Source: Chthonomonas calidirosea
GTDB lineage: Bacteria > Armatimonadota > Fimbriimonadia > Fimbriimonadales > Fimbriimonadaceae
Assembly (NCBI GenBank): GCA_945859975.1
Contig: CAMAPH010000031.1
Location: forward strand, 1 to 35,849
Length of the DNA stretch: 35,849 bases
Direction of reading: 5' to 3'
Numbering within the stretch: position 1 is the first letter of the stretch; each line of letters starts with the position of its first letter. The notes below the pieces were generated by a model. That model made no database searches. It was not told the origin of the DNA and saw nothing but the letters and a program-made list of their open reading frames with translations. The position numbers and the translations under genes were made by a program. Below, piece after piece: positions 25,365 to 35,504 of the stretch.

Positions 25365-27440
25365 TTATCCGTTCGGAACCCATTTCCAGATTCCGTAACA
25401 ACTCGTCGCTACCCAGATCTCGCCTGTTTTCGGGTGGATCCGAACGCAGAACGCTTCGCGCCCTCCGTCTAGCTGCTTCTCATCGAGACGGTCTGGATCG
25501 ATCGGCTTTTGGCGCGTCAAGTTCGTCCACGTTTTGCCCGAGTCGCGCGAAATCATCACCGCCGTTGAACTCGCGTGAACGTTGCCGGCGCTCGCGATCA
25601 CTACCGTCTCAGGCTTTCGCGGATCAACCGCAATTCCGCGCACGTCGTACCAGCCGAACTGATTCTTCGGGATATCCAGTGCTACCCAAGCCCCGTTAAC
25701 AAGGACATACGGCAGTTCGTTCAGCACCGCATAGAGCCGGTCGCCCACGTGATCGTAGGCCATATCCCGGATCTCACCTTCGAAGATGGCCACCTCGCGC
25801 CAGGTCTTTCCCGAATCCGTCGAGACAACGACGGCTGCCTTCGCCCCGCGCCGAATTCCGAACAGCCGACCGTCGGGCCCAGCTGAAGCCGTAATCACGC
25901 CGCTGCAGCCGTCCATTTTTGCCCACGTCTTTCCGCCGTCTTCGCTTCGAAGATTGGAAGCAAAGATCACCTCTGGTCGGCGCGGATCGCCGAAGGAGGC
26001 GTCTTCGCCATCAAACTGGTGCGGTTGTTCTTGCCACGTTTTTCCGCCGTCAAACGAGGTTTTGAGTTTCCTTGGTGCACCCCAGCCGGCCGCGTTTCCG
26101 ACCACTAAAGTCTGCGCCGATGCCGCATAACCGCCGTAGCAGAACCCGCCCCAGCCGTTTCCGCTTGGGTTCAGGTAAGTCCATGTTTTGCCGCGATCAT
26201 TCGTGATCGCCCCGTTGTAGTCCTGCGAGCCGAAGAACATCACATCTGGCGATTGAAGGTTGAAATTGAACTTGCCGCCGACGAGAACGCCATTGTTGCC
26301 TTGATTCGACCACTTGAAGGTCGCCCCGCCATCGGAGCTTTTAGTGGCGAGATCGCCGCCGATGCTAAAGAGAACCTTCTCGTCCGTGGGACTCCAAGCA
26401 AAGATGCCCTGCCTCGTGTTCGACGGCAGGAAAGCTTGGGGAACTTCGATCTTGGATTGACGCCAAGCCTGCCCGCCATCGTCGGAGTAGTATCGCCGCC
26501 AATCCCAGGCATTAGGCTCCTGATCCCGCCAGAGCACCATCCGATCTGGATTAACCGGACTGACCTTAATGTTCTTTAAGATGTGGCCGGTCGCGGAGAT
26601 TTCGCGGCTATTCAACGGCCGCCAGGTCTTTCCTCGGTCCTCGCTTCGAAGCACTTCCGTCGGCGTGGAAATCCAGACCGTAGTTGACTGCTTCGGTGAA
26701 ACGTCGAGGCCCGTCACAATGTCTTTCGTCAGTTGCTCGAAGCTCTTTCCTTTGTCTTTAGAGACATAAAGTCCGGTTGAATTCCCGGCCAGGAGCCAGC
26801 CGGATTCCGGCAAGCAACGCAAAATGCTCCCGCCGAGCGATGCGGTATTCGGCAATTCCTGCCAGGTGTCGCCGCCATCCTCGGAGCGGTAAATCGCCGG
26901 ATGCTCTTCTGGCTTGCCCCAGCCCGCCGTGTCGCCTTTCACTCTGCTCCAAAAGACGCGCATGGTCTTTCGCGCTCCGGCGGCATAACTCGTAGGGTCA
27001 AAAGCCAGTTGCTCCCGGATTTCCCCGATTCCAGCCATCGAAATCGGCAGAACGTTGCGCCAAGATCCGCCGCGATTCGTCGACAGATAAACGCCATGGT
27101 GCCCGCCTGGCGAGGTGTTTCCCCCGATCGCAATCACTCTAAGCGGGTTGTTGGGGTCAAAGGCAATGGCAGCGGCACCGCGCGGCGAGTAGCCAACATT
27201 CGCTGGCTCCCAGCGATTCCCGGCGTCGAGCGACCGGTAGATACCGCCGACATCGATCCCGAGCATAACTGTTTTGCCCGTGGGATCAACGGCAAGGCTC
27301 CGCGGCCACTGGGCCCCTTCTCCGCCAATCTGTCCTGGCTTCCGAAACTCCCCTGCCACGAGCGGTACGGGTTCCCAGTGACCGGAAACTTTGATCTGCG
27401 CAATCGAGTGAGCATGAAGGGCGCAAAGTAGCGTGATCAT
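25365..27440 (-). CDS. Secreted BNR/Asp-box beta-propeller protein (GH74/VPS10-like)
   Basis: About 12 Asp-boxes (SxDxGxTW, e.g. SLDAGNRW, SEDGGDTW, SFDGGKTW, SRDSGKTW), GIDVGGIYRS, and a short signal peptide. Confidence 0.82.
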   Translation of the reverse strand: MITLLCALHAHSIAQIKVSGHWEPVPLVAGEFRKPGQIGGEGAQWPRSLAVDPTGKTVMLGIDVGGIYRSLDAGNRWEPANVGYSPRGAAAIAFDPNNPLRVIAIGGNTSPGGHHGVYLSTNRGGSWRNVLPISMAGIGEIREQLAFDPTSYAAGARKTMRVFWSRVKGDTAGWGKPEEHPAIYRSEDGGDTWQELPNTASLGGSILRCLPESGWLLAGNSTGLYVSKDKGKSFEQLTKDIVTGLDVSPKQSTTVWISTPTEVLRSEDRGKTWRPLNSREISATGHILKNIKVSPVNPDRMVLWRDQEPNAWDWRRYYSDDGGQAWRQSKIEVPQAFLPSNTRQGIFAWSPTDEKVLFSIGGDLATKSSDGGATFKWSNQGNNGVLVGGKFNFNLQSPDVMFFGSQDYNGAITNDRGKTWTYLNPSGNGWGGFCYGGYAASAQTLVVGNAAGWGAPRKLKTSFDGGKTWQEQPHQFDGEDASFGDPRRPEVIFASNLRSEDGGKTWAKMDGCSGVITASAGPDGRLFGIRRGAKAAVVVSTDSGKTWREVAIFEGEIRDMAYDHVGDRLYAVLNELPYVLVNGAWVALDIPKNQFGWYDVRGIAVDPRKPETVVIASAGNVHASSTAVMISRDSGKTWTNLTRQKPIDPDRLDEKQLDGGREAFCVRIHPKTGEIWVATSCYGIWKWVPNG

Positions 27441-27554
27441 TATTGTTCCGACGCTCGAACATTCAAAAGCGATCTCAGGCTCAGTCTAAGCGTTTTTCAG
27501 ACATAGAGCCACGCCTGCAGCTTGTCAAATGCCTTCGGGATGCGTACGGGCTCA

Positions 27555-27563
27555 TGGTATGGT
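27555..27563 (+). promoter_or_regulatory. Extended -10 (TGgTATGGT) for a leaderless rpiB / pentose-phosphate operon transcript
   Basis: Lies 6 nt before ATG 27570, with no SD. Confidence 0.5.
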
Positions 27564-27569
27564 CTACCC

Positions 27570-28031
27570 ATGATTGTTGGAATAGGAGGAGATCATGCTG
27601 GCTTCGAACTCAAGGAACGATTACGAGGTGAGATCGAAGCGATGGGCCACCAAGTCATTGATCTTGGCGCGGCTGAATACGACGCACTGGATGACTATCC
27701 TGACTTCGCCTACGCTGTCGCAAAAGCGGTTTCTACCGGCAAAGCTGAGCGAGGGATTGTGGTTTGTGGCAGCGGTGTCGGTGCCAGCATCGCGGCGAAC
27801 AAGGTTAAAGGTGCTCGTGCAGGAATTGCGACGGATACCTACTCCGCACGCCAAGGCGTGGAACACGACGATATGAACGTGCTTGCCGTCGGTGCACGCA
27901 TCACCGGCATCGAAGTCGTTCGAGAAATTGTAAAATCATTCCTCGGGGCAGAGTTCTCCGGCGAGGAGCGCCACGTTCGTCGCCTGAACAAAGTCCTCGA
28001 AATTGAAGCGAACCCAGGCAACGGCGCCTAA
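27570..28031 (+). CDS. rpiB: Ribose-5-phosphate isomerase B
   Basis: [51 protein letters not shown]. Confidence 0.96.
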   Translation: MIVGIGGDHAGFELKERLRGEIEAMGHQVIDLGAAEYDALDDYPDFAYAVAKAVSTGKAERGIVVCGSGVGASIAANKVKGARAGIATDTYSARQGVEHDDMNVLAVGARITGIEVVREIVKSFLGAEFSGEERHVRRLNKVLEIEANPGNGA

Positions 28032-28045
28032 ACCCAAACACTGCC

Positions 28046-29584
28046 ATGCCAGAACAAGCGCTGTACCTTGACCCTTTGCCTGATCCGCTCATTGCGTTAC
28101 CAGACAACTTTCGATCGCGATTCTGGCAAAAGGACCCTTCGCTCTGGCCCGCCGGAGCAGCCGCAGACGTTGCCGGGATGCTCGGTTGGGTCGATGTGTT
28201 GGGCAAAGTTGGAGCGCACTTTGATGACATTGATGCCTTCGTTCAGGGCGTCATCGCCGATGGCTTCACCAAGGTAGTGCTCTGCGGAATGGGCGGAAGC
28301 TCCCTTGCCCCATACGTTTTGCGCGAAGTATTTGGTCAGCTCCCGGGTGGACTACCACTCACCGTCCTGGATTCCACTCACCCTGGTTCGATTCAGGCCA
28401 TTCTAGATTCTGGAATCGAGAATACGCTCTTCATCGTTGCCTCGAAATCCGGTTCTACCGCTGAGCCAACGACCTTCGATAAGTTCTTCTTCGACCGCGT
28501 CGGAAACCCGAACGCTTTTGTTGCGATCACGGACCCGGGCAGTCCATTCCACCGCGACGCCGAAGCACGAAGCTTCCGGAAAATTTTCCTCAACTACGCC
28601 GACATCGGCGGTCGCTTCTCCGCGCTGAGTTTGTTTGGACTGGTTCCTGCAGCGTTGCTCGGAGTTGATATCCGAAAGTTCCTCCAAGCCGCGCAGGACT
28701 ACGCCGCCGCACTTCAAATCGATGAGTCCGATGCCTTCGATCTTGGTCAGGCGCTCGGTTCGTACGCCAAGACCGGACGAAACAAGCTGACGATCCTCAC
28801 CGATGACCGACTTTCGAGCTTCGGCCTTTGGCTGGAGCAACTCGTAGCCGAAAGCACCGGCAAGTTCGGCACCGGCATTCTGCCCATCGCTGGGGAAACC
28901 GTGGGCGCGCCGGAAGTGTATGGCGAAGATCGATTCTTCGCCGCCTACAACGTTCTGCCAGTCGCGAATCCCTCGTTCCACGTCCACTTCGAAGATCCGT
29001 ATCAGCTAGCCGTTGAGTTCCTTCGCTGGGAAGTGGCCACCGCCGCCGCGGGCGCGATTCTCGAAATCAACCCGTTCGACCAGCCTAACGTGCAAGAGTC
29101 GAAGGACGTCACGAAGCGCATTCTTGCTGCCGTCGAAGCCGAGGGCGAACTGCCCGAGACCGACAAGATTTTCCCGTCATCGAACGAGAAGCTCTCCGAG
29201 TTCCTTGGCGATGTTGCCCCTGGCGATTACATCTGCATCCAGGCTTACTTGCACGAAACCCCCGAGCTTGACGTTCAACTCAAGACGCTGCAGGCTAACT
29301 TGCGCGACACCTACAAGGTGCCTGTGACGATGGGTTACGGACCACGCTTCTTGCACAGCACCGGCCAATTCCACAAGGGCGGACCGAACGTCGGGCACTT
29401 CATCCAGCTTCTGGACGATCCTCAGGACACAATCTCCATCCCCGGCCAGCGCGCAGATTGGACGCGCTTCGTCCTCGCCCAAGCCCGTGGTGACTACGAA
29501 GCCCTCGCGGAAAAGGGACGGCGGATTGTCGCCCTGAACCTAGGCTCCGAACCAACCCAAACCCTCCAGTCTTTGATCTCCTAA
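28046..29584 (+). CDS. pgi: Glucose-6-phosphate isomerase (Tal-Pgi-type PGI domain, stand-alone)
   Basis: GMGGSSL, ASKSGST, AITDPGS, IGGRFSALS, EQLVAESTGK, NPFDQPNVQESK, GPRFLHSTGQFHKGGP. Confidence 0.9.
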   Translation: MPEQALYLDPLPDPLIALPDNFRSRFWQKDPSLWPAGAAADVAGMLGWVDVLGKVGAHFDDIDAFVQGVIADGFTKVVLCGMGGSSLAPYVLREVFGQLPGGLPLTVLDSTHPGSIQAILDSGIENTLFIVASKSGSTAEPTTFDKFFFDRVGNPNAFVAITDPGSPFHRDAEARSFRKIFLNYADIGGRFSALSLFGLVPAALLGVDIRKFLQAAQDYAAALQIDESDAFDLGQALGSYAKTGRNKLTILTDDRLSSFGLWLEQLVAESTGKFGTGILPIAGETVGAPEVYGEDRFFAAYNVLPVANPSFHVHFEDPYQLAVEFLRWEVATAAAGAILEINPFDQPNVQESKDVTKRILAAVEAEGELPETDKIFPSSNEKLSEFLGDVAPGDYICIQAYLHETPELDVQLKTLQANLRDTYKVPVTMGYGPRFLHSTGQFHKGGPNVGHFIQLLDDPQDTISIPGQRADWTRFVLAQARGDYEALAEKGRRIVALNLGSEPTQTLQSLIS

Positions 29585-29593
29585 CGACATCTC

Positions 29594-30985
29594 ATGAGCG
29601 ACGCAAATTACGATTTCGGCCTGATTGGCCTCGGCACCATGGGGCACGCGCTCCTTCTGAACATGCTCGACAACGGCAACACCGTCGTCGGCTACAACCG
29701 AACACCGAGCAAGGCGGCGGAGATTGAAGCCATGAGCGAAGGTCGACTCAAGGTCTATTCCGACCTTGAAGCATTCGTGAAGAGCATCCGAAAGCCACGC
29801 GCCATCATGCTGCTTGTCACCGCTGGCAAAGCGGTGGACGATGTCATCGCGGGCATGTTGCCTTTCCTTGAACCCGACGACTTCATTATCGACGGCGGCA
29901 ACAGCCACTTCCGCGACACTGATCGCCGCATCGGCTACATGACCGAGAAAGGCTTTGGCTTCATGGGCATGGGCGTGAGCGGTGGCGAAGATGGCGCCCG
30001 GTTCGGCCCAAGCATGATGCCCGGCGGAACCCCGGCGCAGTACGACCGAGTCGGTAAGGTGTTTGAAAGCGTCGCAGCGAAAGTTGACGGCGTTCCCTGC
30101 GTGGCCCTCATGGGTAACGGCTCCGCCGGACACTACGTGAAGATGGTTCACAACGGCATCGAATACGGCATCATGCAGGCCATCGCCGAGGTGTACGACG
30201 TCCTCCGCCGAGGCGCAGGCAAAGATATGCCGTATGCCGCCAACCTGTTCCACACGTGGAACCAAGGCGAACTCGCCAGCTTCCTCATCGAAATCACGGC
30301 AACCGTCCTGAAGAAAGAAGATGAGCTCGCCGAAGGCTGGCTGGTCGACAAAATCAGCGACAAAGCCCGCGCGAAAGGCACCGGCAAATGGACCAGCCAA
30401 GACGCGATGGATCTCGGAATTCCGGTTCCAGCGATCGACGCCGCCGTGTCCGCCCGTGAACTCAGCGAATCCAAGCCACTGCGGCAGCAAGCGGAGGCAA
30501 TTTACGGTTCCGCCGGAACGCTGGAAGTCAGCGACCAAGATTTGCACGATGCGCTCCTCGCCACGATGCTTCTGAGCTACGCGATGGGACTAACTCAGAT
30601 TCGAGCCGCATCGGCCGAGTACGGCTACGAATCGAACCTAGAAACCGTTGCGACGGTTTGGCGGGCGGGCTGCATCATCCGCAGCGTCCAACTTGAACCG
30701 ATCCGCGCCGCGGTCGCCAAGAACCCGGACCTCGCTTCCCTGTTGCTCGATGACGCGTACGCGGAAAAGCTTAAAGGCTGCATCGACGGGCTTCGAAACG
30801 TTGTCGCCTCCGCCCAAAAGGCCGGGATTCCCGTTCCGGTGCTTTCGGCGAGTCTTGCCTACTTCGATGGCATTCGCTCCGGCCGACTTCCGGCGAACGT
30901 CATTCAGGCGCAACGGGACTACTTCGGCGCGCACACCTACGAACGGCTGGACCAGAAAGGTTCGTTCCACTCCAAGTGGGCCTAA
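29594..30985 (+). CDS. gndA: NADP-dependent 6-phosphogluconate dehydrogenase (decarboxylating)
   Basis: GLIGLGTMG, YNRT, IDGGNS, VSGGEDGARFGPS, VKMVHNGIEYG, KGTGKWT, QAQRDYFGAHTYER. Confidence 0.97.
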   Translation: MSDANYDFGLIGLGTMGHALLLNMLDNGNTVVGYNRTPSKAAEIEAMSEGRLKVYSDLEAFVKSIRKPRAIMLLVTAGKAVDDVIAGMLPFLEPDDFIIDGGNSHFRDTDRRIGYMTEKGFGFMGMGVSGGEDGARFGPSMMPGGTPAQYDRVGKVFESVAAKVDGVPCVALMGNGSAGHYVKMVHNGIEYGIMQAIAEVYDVLRRGAGKDMPYAANLFHTWNQGELASFLIEITATVLKKEDELAEGWLVDKISDKARAKGTGKWTSQDAMDLGIPVPAIDAAVSARELSESKPLRQQAEAIYGSAGTLEVSDQDLHDALLATMLLSYAMGLTQIRAASAEYGYESNLETVATVWRAGCIIRSVQLEPIRAAVAKNPDLASLLLDDAYAEKLKGCIDGLRNVVASAQKAGIPVPVLSASLAYFDGIRSGRLPANVIQAQRDYFGAHTYERLDQKGSFHSKWA

Positions 30986-30988
30986 GAA

Positions 30989-32491
30989 ATGGCAAATCCT
31001 ATCGCCCCAACCGTGGTCGCCATTTTTGGTGCAACCGGCGATCTAACCCAGCGAAAGCTGATTCCGGCCCTGTTCAATCTGTTCCTAGACCAGGAACTGC
31101 CAAGTCAGTTCACCATCGTCGGCGTTGGCCGACGTGGTGATCTCGAGAACTTCCGCGAATCCATGCGCCAAGCCCTCGGGAAGTACTCCCGGCGGGGCGA
31201 ACCGAACGAGAAAAAGTGGGCGGAGTTCTCTGGACGCATCCGCTACATCGCAGAGGACTTTCAGAGCGTTGAGCTGTACGAGAAGCTTAAGGCCGAAGTC
31301 GACGCCAGCGAGGCGGAATTTGGGCAACTGGCGAGCCGCGTTTACTATCTCAGCGTTCCACCTGACATCTTCGGCCGCGTAGCCGAGGGTCTCGGAAACG
31401 CCGGTCTAAGCGCCGCAAAGGACCGAGATCGAATCGTTATCGAAAAGCCTTTCGGCCGGGATCTCGAATCTGCGGAAGTCCTCAACAAGAAGCTGATCGA
31501 GCACTTTGACGAGCAGCAAATTTACCGAATTGACCACTACCTCGGCAAAGAGACCGTTCAGAACATTCTTGCTCTGAGGTTTGGCAACGCCCTCTATGAG
31601 CCAATTTGGAATCGCCGGTATGTGGACAACGTCCAGATCACGGTAGCCGAAGAGGTAGGCGTCGAAAAGCGAGGCGGATACTACGAAACGTCCGGAGCGC
31701 TTCGAGACATGGTACAGAACCATCTCTTACAGTTGATGTGTCTCGTGGCGATGGAACCGCTGGTGAGCTTTGACGCCGACGAAGTTCGGAACAAAAAGGT
31801 CGATGTGCTCAAGGCTGTCCGCCCAATGGAAGCCAAGAACCGACATCTGTTCTCAGTCCGAGGTCAGTACGGTCCGGGATACTCCGGCGGAATGTCCGTC
31901 CCGGCATACCGAAAGGAAGTCGGCGTCGATCCGCACTCTGGAACCGAAACGTACGTGGCCCTGAAGCTCTACGTCGACAACTGGCGCTGGCACAACGTGC
32001 CTTTCTATCTGCGAACCGGAAAGCGCATGGCGCGAAAGGTTTCGCAGGTCGTGATCAACTTCTGCCCGGTCCCTCACCAGATGTTCCCGGCATCCAGCAC
32101 CGACGACTTCGAGCCGAACCGGATGATCATCAACATTCAACCGGAAGAAGGCATTTCGGTCCAGTTCCAGGCCAAGGAGCCCGGAGCAGGCATGCGATTG
32201 CGGACCGTCTCGATGGACTTCAACTACGAGAGGGCATTCCAATCAGAAAGTCGAGAGGCCTATGAGACGTTGCTTCAAGAAGTGATTGAAGGCAATACCA
32301 CGCTCTTTATGCGTGCCGACCAGGAGCACCTGGCATGGGAACTGCTGATGCCGCTGTTGAGCGCATTTGAGAACAGCCCGCCCGCAAACTTCCCGAACTA
32401 TGTTGCCGGAACCTGGGGACCAGAAACGAGCGACCTTCTGTTGGCGAAAGATGGGCACCGGTGGTACAACCCGCCGGTACATCCGCAGTAA
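30989..32491 (+). CDS. zwf: Glucose-6-phosphate 1-dehydrogenase
   Basis: [53 protein letters not shown]. Confidence 0.97.
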   Translation: MANPIAPTVVAIFGATGDLTQRKLIPALFNLFLDQELPSQFTIVGVGRRGDLENFRESMRQALGKYSRRGEPNEKKWAEFSGRIRYIAEDFQSVELYEKLKAEVDASEAEFGQLASRVYYLSVPPDIFGRVAEGLGNAGLSAAKDRDRIVIEKPFGRDLESAEVLNKKLIEHFDEQQIYRIDHYLGKETVQNILALRFGNALYEPIWNRRYVDNVQITVAEEVGVEKRGGYYETSGALRDMVQNHLLQLMCLVAMEPLVSFDADEVRNKKVDVLKAVRPMEAKNRHLFSVRGQYGPGYSGGMSVPAYRKEVGVDPHSGTETYVALKLYVDNWRWHNVPFYLRTGKRMARKVSQVVINFCPVPHQMFPASSTDDFEPNRMIINIQPEEGISVQFQAKEPGAGMRLRTVSMDFNYERAFQSESREAYETLLQEVIEGNTTLFMRADQEHLAWELLMPLLSAFENSPPANFPNYVAGTWGPETSDLLLAKDGHRWYNPPVHPQ

Positions 32492-32496
32492 CCCAA

Positions 32497-33210
32497 ATGA
32501 CCCTGTACGTACTTTCGGATCCGCTCGCGGTCGCGCAAAAGGGAGCATCCTTTTTCAAGGAGCAGTACGAAGTCGCGGTCCAAGACCGCGGCCGTTTCAT
32601 CGTCGGACTTAGCGGTGGATCGACCCCGCTTCTGATGTACCGAGAACTTCTTCTCGATGCAGAAATTGACTGGCGAAAGGTCTGGGTCACATTCACCGAC
32701 GATCGCTTTGTGCCACTGGATGACCCTCAAAGTAACGAACGCGCCGCGCGGGACGGTTTGCTCAACCATGTACGGATTCCGGCAACGCAAATCATAAACT
32801 TGGTCCGAACCGAGAACCCGGACCTTTCGGCCAAGTTAGTCGAGACCGACCTGAAGAAAGAATTCGGCGAAGAGCCTGTGCTCGACCTGGCCTTTCTTGG
32901 GCTCGGCGAAGACGGTCATACCGCCTCTCTGTTCCCCGGCGATCCGTCCGTTCACGTTTACGACCACGATATCGTTGTAAGCCATGCCCCGGTGAACACG
33001 CCGATCCGAATCACGATGACGCCACCCATCCTAAACCGGGCGCGCAGAACGGTGTTTCTCGTTACCGGGGTCGGCAAAGCTGACGCTGCTTGGCGCTGCT
33101 TAGAAGGTCCGGCGAACGTCGATGAAACGCCGAGCCAAGCGATTGCGCGGTTCGCATGGCGGGCAGAAATGGCGATTGATGAAGCCGCGGCGAGTCGCTT
33201 AAACCACTAA
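32497..33210 (+). CDS. pgl: 6-phosphogluconolactonase
   Basis: LSGGSTP, DDRFVP..SN, LGLGEDGHTASLFPG, RITMT. Follows zwf. Confidence 0.94.
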   Translation: MTLYVLSDPLAVAQKGASFFKEQYEVAVQDRGRFIVGLSGGSTPLLMYRELLLDAEIDWRKVWVTFTDDRFVPLDDPQSNERAARDGLLNHVRIPATQIINLVRTENPDLSAKLVETDLKKEFGEEPVLDLAFLGLGEDGHTASLFPGDPSVHVYDHDIVVSHAPVNTPIRITMTPPILNRARRTVFLVTGVGKADAAWRCLEGPANVDETPSQAIARFAWRAEMAIDEAAASRLNH

Positions 33211-33284
33211 TCCTTACCATTCTCAAGGATTATTTGCCTCCGACGCCGAATTGTCTCCTAAATTGCTCACAAAACAACACGTTC

Positions 33285-33293
33285 TGATATTAT
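33285..33293 (+). promoter_or_regulatory. Extended -10 promoter TGnTATTAT
   Basis: TGaTATTAT in the AT-rich spacer about 50 nt upstream of the ferritin-like gene. Confidence 0.4.
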
Positions 33294-33341
33294 TGTCCTC
33301 GTCACACAGAAGTGGCACGTTTTGCTCTCAGGGGCGCAATT

Positions 33342-34106
33342 ATGGACAATATCAAAAACCCATTCTCGGATGTTGAAATCGACCGACGCGGCCTACTCAA
33401 GGGTGCCGGCGCGGCGACTTTGTCTCTCGCTTTCGGTGGTCTTCTAACTAGCACGTCCAAAGCCGGCACGGCCGCCGACGTGGACATTCTCGGCGTTGCG
33501 AAGATTGCAGAAGCACTCGCGACAACGATGTACACCGGCATCATCAACGAATCTCCGTTCTTCGCTACTCTAAGTCCCGATGATCAGGACTACTTCCGCG
33601 CCGCCCGCGATGAAGAGAAGTTCCACTACGACCTTATCAAGTCGGCTACGGGGAACGTGGATGCTGGCACGACCTACTTCTTCCCCGCTGCGATGTTCAC
33701 CAGCACAAAGACAACCCTCAACACGTTGATCAAGCTGGAAGACATCTTTATCGCCGCCTATCAGCTCGGCGTTTATTTCTTCTCGTCAAACGAGCTCAAG
33801 CTTCTCTCGGCCCAGATTCTTGGCGTCGAAAGCGCCCACCGAACTTTGGGGCGATTAGTGGCGGCCGAGCTCGGACGAACGGAAGTCGCCGGTGCGAGCG
33901 GTCTCGAACTTTCGAGCCCACCGAACAACAACGTTTACGAGCGGCTTCACGGCATCAACACCCTGGACCGCGCCGTGAACCAGGTTCTCGGCTACATCGA
34001 CCCAACCGAAGCGGCCCGAAAGGGATACACGACGGTTCGAACTTTCGATCCGACGTACGTTCCTGCCTTCCCAGGCCTTCGCGGCAACCCGCCCGAAAGC
34101 GTTTGA
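33342..34106 (+). CDS. Tat-exported ferritin-like (Ferritin_2) di-metal protein
   Basis: Twin-arginine DRRGLLK. Ligand pattern DIL..AEAL, EEKFH, LEDIF..AY, ILGVESAH. Confidence 0.8.
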   Translation: MDNIKNPFSDVEIDRRGLLKGAGAATLSLAFGGLLTSTSKAGTAADVDILGVAKIAEALATTMYTGIINESPFFATLSPDDQDYFRAARDEEKFHYDLIKSATGNVDAGTTYFFPAAMFTSTKTTLNTLIKLEDIFIAAYQLGVYFFSSNELKLLSAQILGVESAHRTLGRLVAAELGRTEVAGASGLELSSPPNNNVYERLHGINTLDRAVNQVLGYIDPTEAARKGYTTVRTFDPTYVPAFPGLRGNPPESV

Positions 34107-34131
34107 TCTCCAACCGTCTGTTGCTTGCTTT

Positions 34132-34160
34132 GCCCCTCCGAGTTCGGCGGGGCTTTTTTT
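34132..34160 (+). terminator. Rho-independent terminator
   Basis: GCCCCtCCG-agtt-CGGcGGGGC followed by T7, between convergent genes. Confidence 0.8.
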
Positions 34161-34161
34161 G

Positions 34162-35472
34162 TCAATGAATCTTGAAGTTTTCCGTGAGCGAAATAACATC
34201 TCGCTTCACGGCCGCAAGGTTCTCAGCGTTCGTGAGGTCACTCAAAGCCCGATCGATCAGGTCAGCGACGGTTTCCATCTCCGCTTCCTTCATTCCTCTC
34301 GTTGTGATCGCCGGGGTTCCGAGTCGGATTCCGCTAGTGATCAGGGGAGACTTGTCGTCAAACGGGACCGCGTTCTTGTTGCAGGTGATGCTGGCCAGGT
34401 CAAGCGCAGCTTGTGCCGCCTTGCCGGTGAGCCCCTTGTTTCGAAGGTCCACAAGCATCAAGTGGTTGTCGGTTCCCTTCGAAATGATGTGGTAACCGCG
34501 TGCCATCAGCGCGCCTGCCAAAGACTTGGCGTTGCGGATGACTTGCTTCGTGTAATCCGTGAACTCTGGTCGGAGGTTCTCTCCGAATCCAACTGCCTTC
34601 GCAGCAACCACATGCATCAGGGCACCGCCTTGGACGCCCGGAATGACCATGCTATCCAGCAGTTCGCTCATCATTTTTGTTCGACCGCTCTTTGCCGCAA
34701 CCGCGCCAAAGGGGTTTTCGAAGTCCTTGCCCATCATGATGATTCCGCCTCGCGGACCGCGAAGGGTTTTGTGGGTTGTAGAAGTTACGACGTGGGCGTA
34801 TGGAACCGGCGAGGGAAGCTGCCCGGTAGCGATCAAACCGGCAGGGTGCGCGATGTCGGCAAACAGGAACGCACCGACCGAATCCGCGATCTCGCGGAAA
34901 ATCTTAAAGTCGATCGGTCGAGAGTACGCCGACGCACCGACCGTGATCATTTTCGGGCGAATCTTCTTCGCCTGATCTGCGACGTGATCGTAGTCCAGCA
35001 ATTCGGTTTCTCGATTGATCCCGTAGGCTTCGAACTTATACAGTTGGCCGCTGAAGTTGACCGGGGATCCGTGGGTTAAGTGGCCGCCGTGCGAAAGGTC
35101 CATGCCCATCACAGTGTCGCCGGGCTTCAGAAACGTGAAGTAGACCGCCGTGTTCGCCTGCGATCCGCTATGCGGCTGAACGTTGGTGTACTCGGCACCA
35201 AACAGGGCTTTTAGCCGATCTCGGGCGATGTTTTCGACTTCGTCGACGACTTCACAACCGCCGTAATACCGGGCGCCAGGATAGCCCTCGGCGTATTTGT
35301 CCGTGAGCACCGAGCTCATGGCGTCGCGTACGGCTTTGCTCGCGATGTTTTCGCTAGCAATCAACTCAAGGTTTTCTTCCTGTCGCTGCTCCTCTCGGTG
35401 AATGAGATTGGAGATGACAGGATCAGACTCGCCCAAGGAAACTCGATGGAACGAGGCAAAATCGGAAGGCAT
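34162..35472 (-). CDS. glyA: Serine hydroxymethyltransferase
   Basis: [43 protein letters not shown]-Lys motif [27 protein letters not shown]. Confidence 0.98.
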   Translation of the reverse strand: MPSDFASFHRVSLGESDPVISNLIHREEQRQEENLELIASENIASKAVRDAMSSVLTDKYAEGYPGARYYGGCEVVDEVENIARDRLKALFGAEYTNVQPHSGSQANTAVYFTFLKPGDTVMGMDLSHGGHLTHGSPVNFSGQLYKFEAYGINRETELLDYDHVADQAKKIRPKMITVGASAYSRPIDFKIFREIADSVGAFLFADIAHPAGLIATGQLPSPVPYAHVVTSTTHKTLRGPRGGIIMMGKDFENPFGAVAAKSGRTKMMSELLDSMVIPGVQGGALMHVVAAKAVGFGENLRPEFTDYTKQVIRNAKSLAGALMARGYHIISKGTDNHLMLVDLRNKGLTGKAAQAALDLASITCNKNAVPFDDKSPLITSGIRLGTPAITTRGMKEAEMETVADLIDRALSDLTNAENLAAVKRDVISLTENFKIH

Positions 35473-35504
35473 CCCTTATTATGGCGGCTGCCAACCGCGC
35501 GGAA

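Noticed and set aside
25365..27440. Recurrent sequence motifs as a CRISPR or tandem DNA repeat
   Set aside because: They are degenerate Asp-box codons inside a CDS, with no identical repeat-spacer structure.
29540..30547. 335-aa minus-strand ORF
   Set aside because: Antisense shadow of gndA.
33208..33232. TAATCCTT/AAGGATTA inverted repeat after pgl as a terminator
   Set aside because: AT-rich 8-bp stem, 9-nt loop and short U-tract are too weak to call.
34159..35079. 306-aa plus-strand ORF
   Set aside because: Antisense shadow of glyA with no recognisable motifs.
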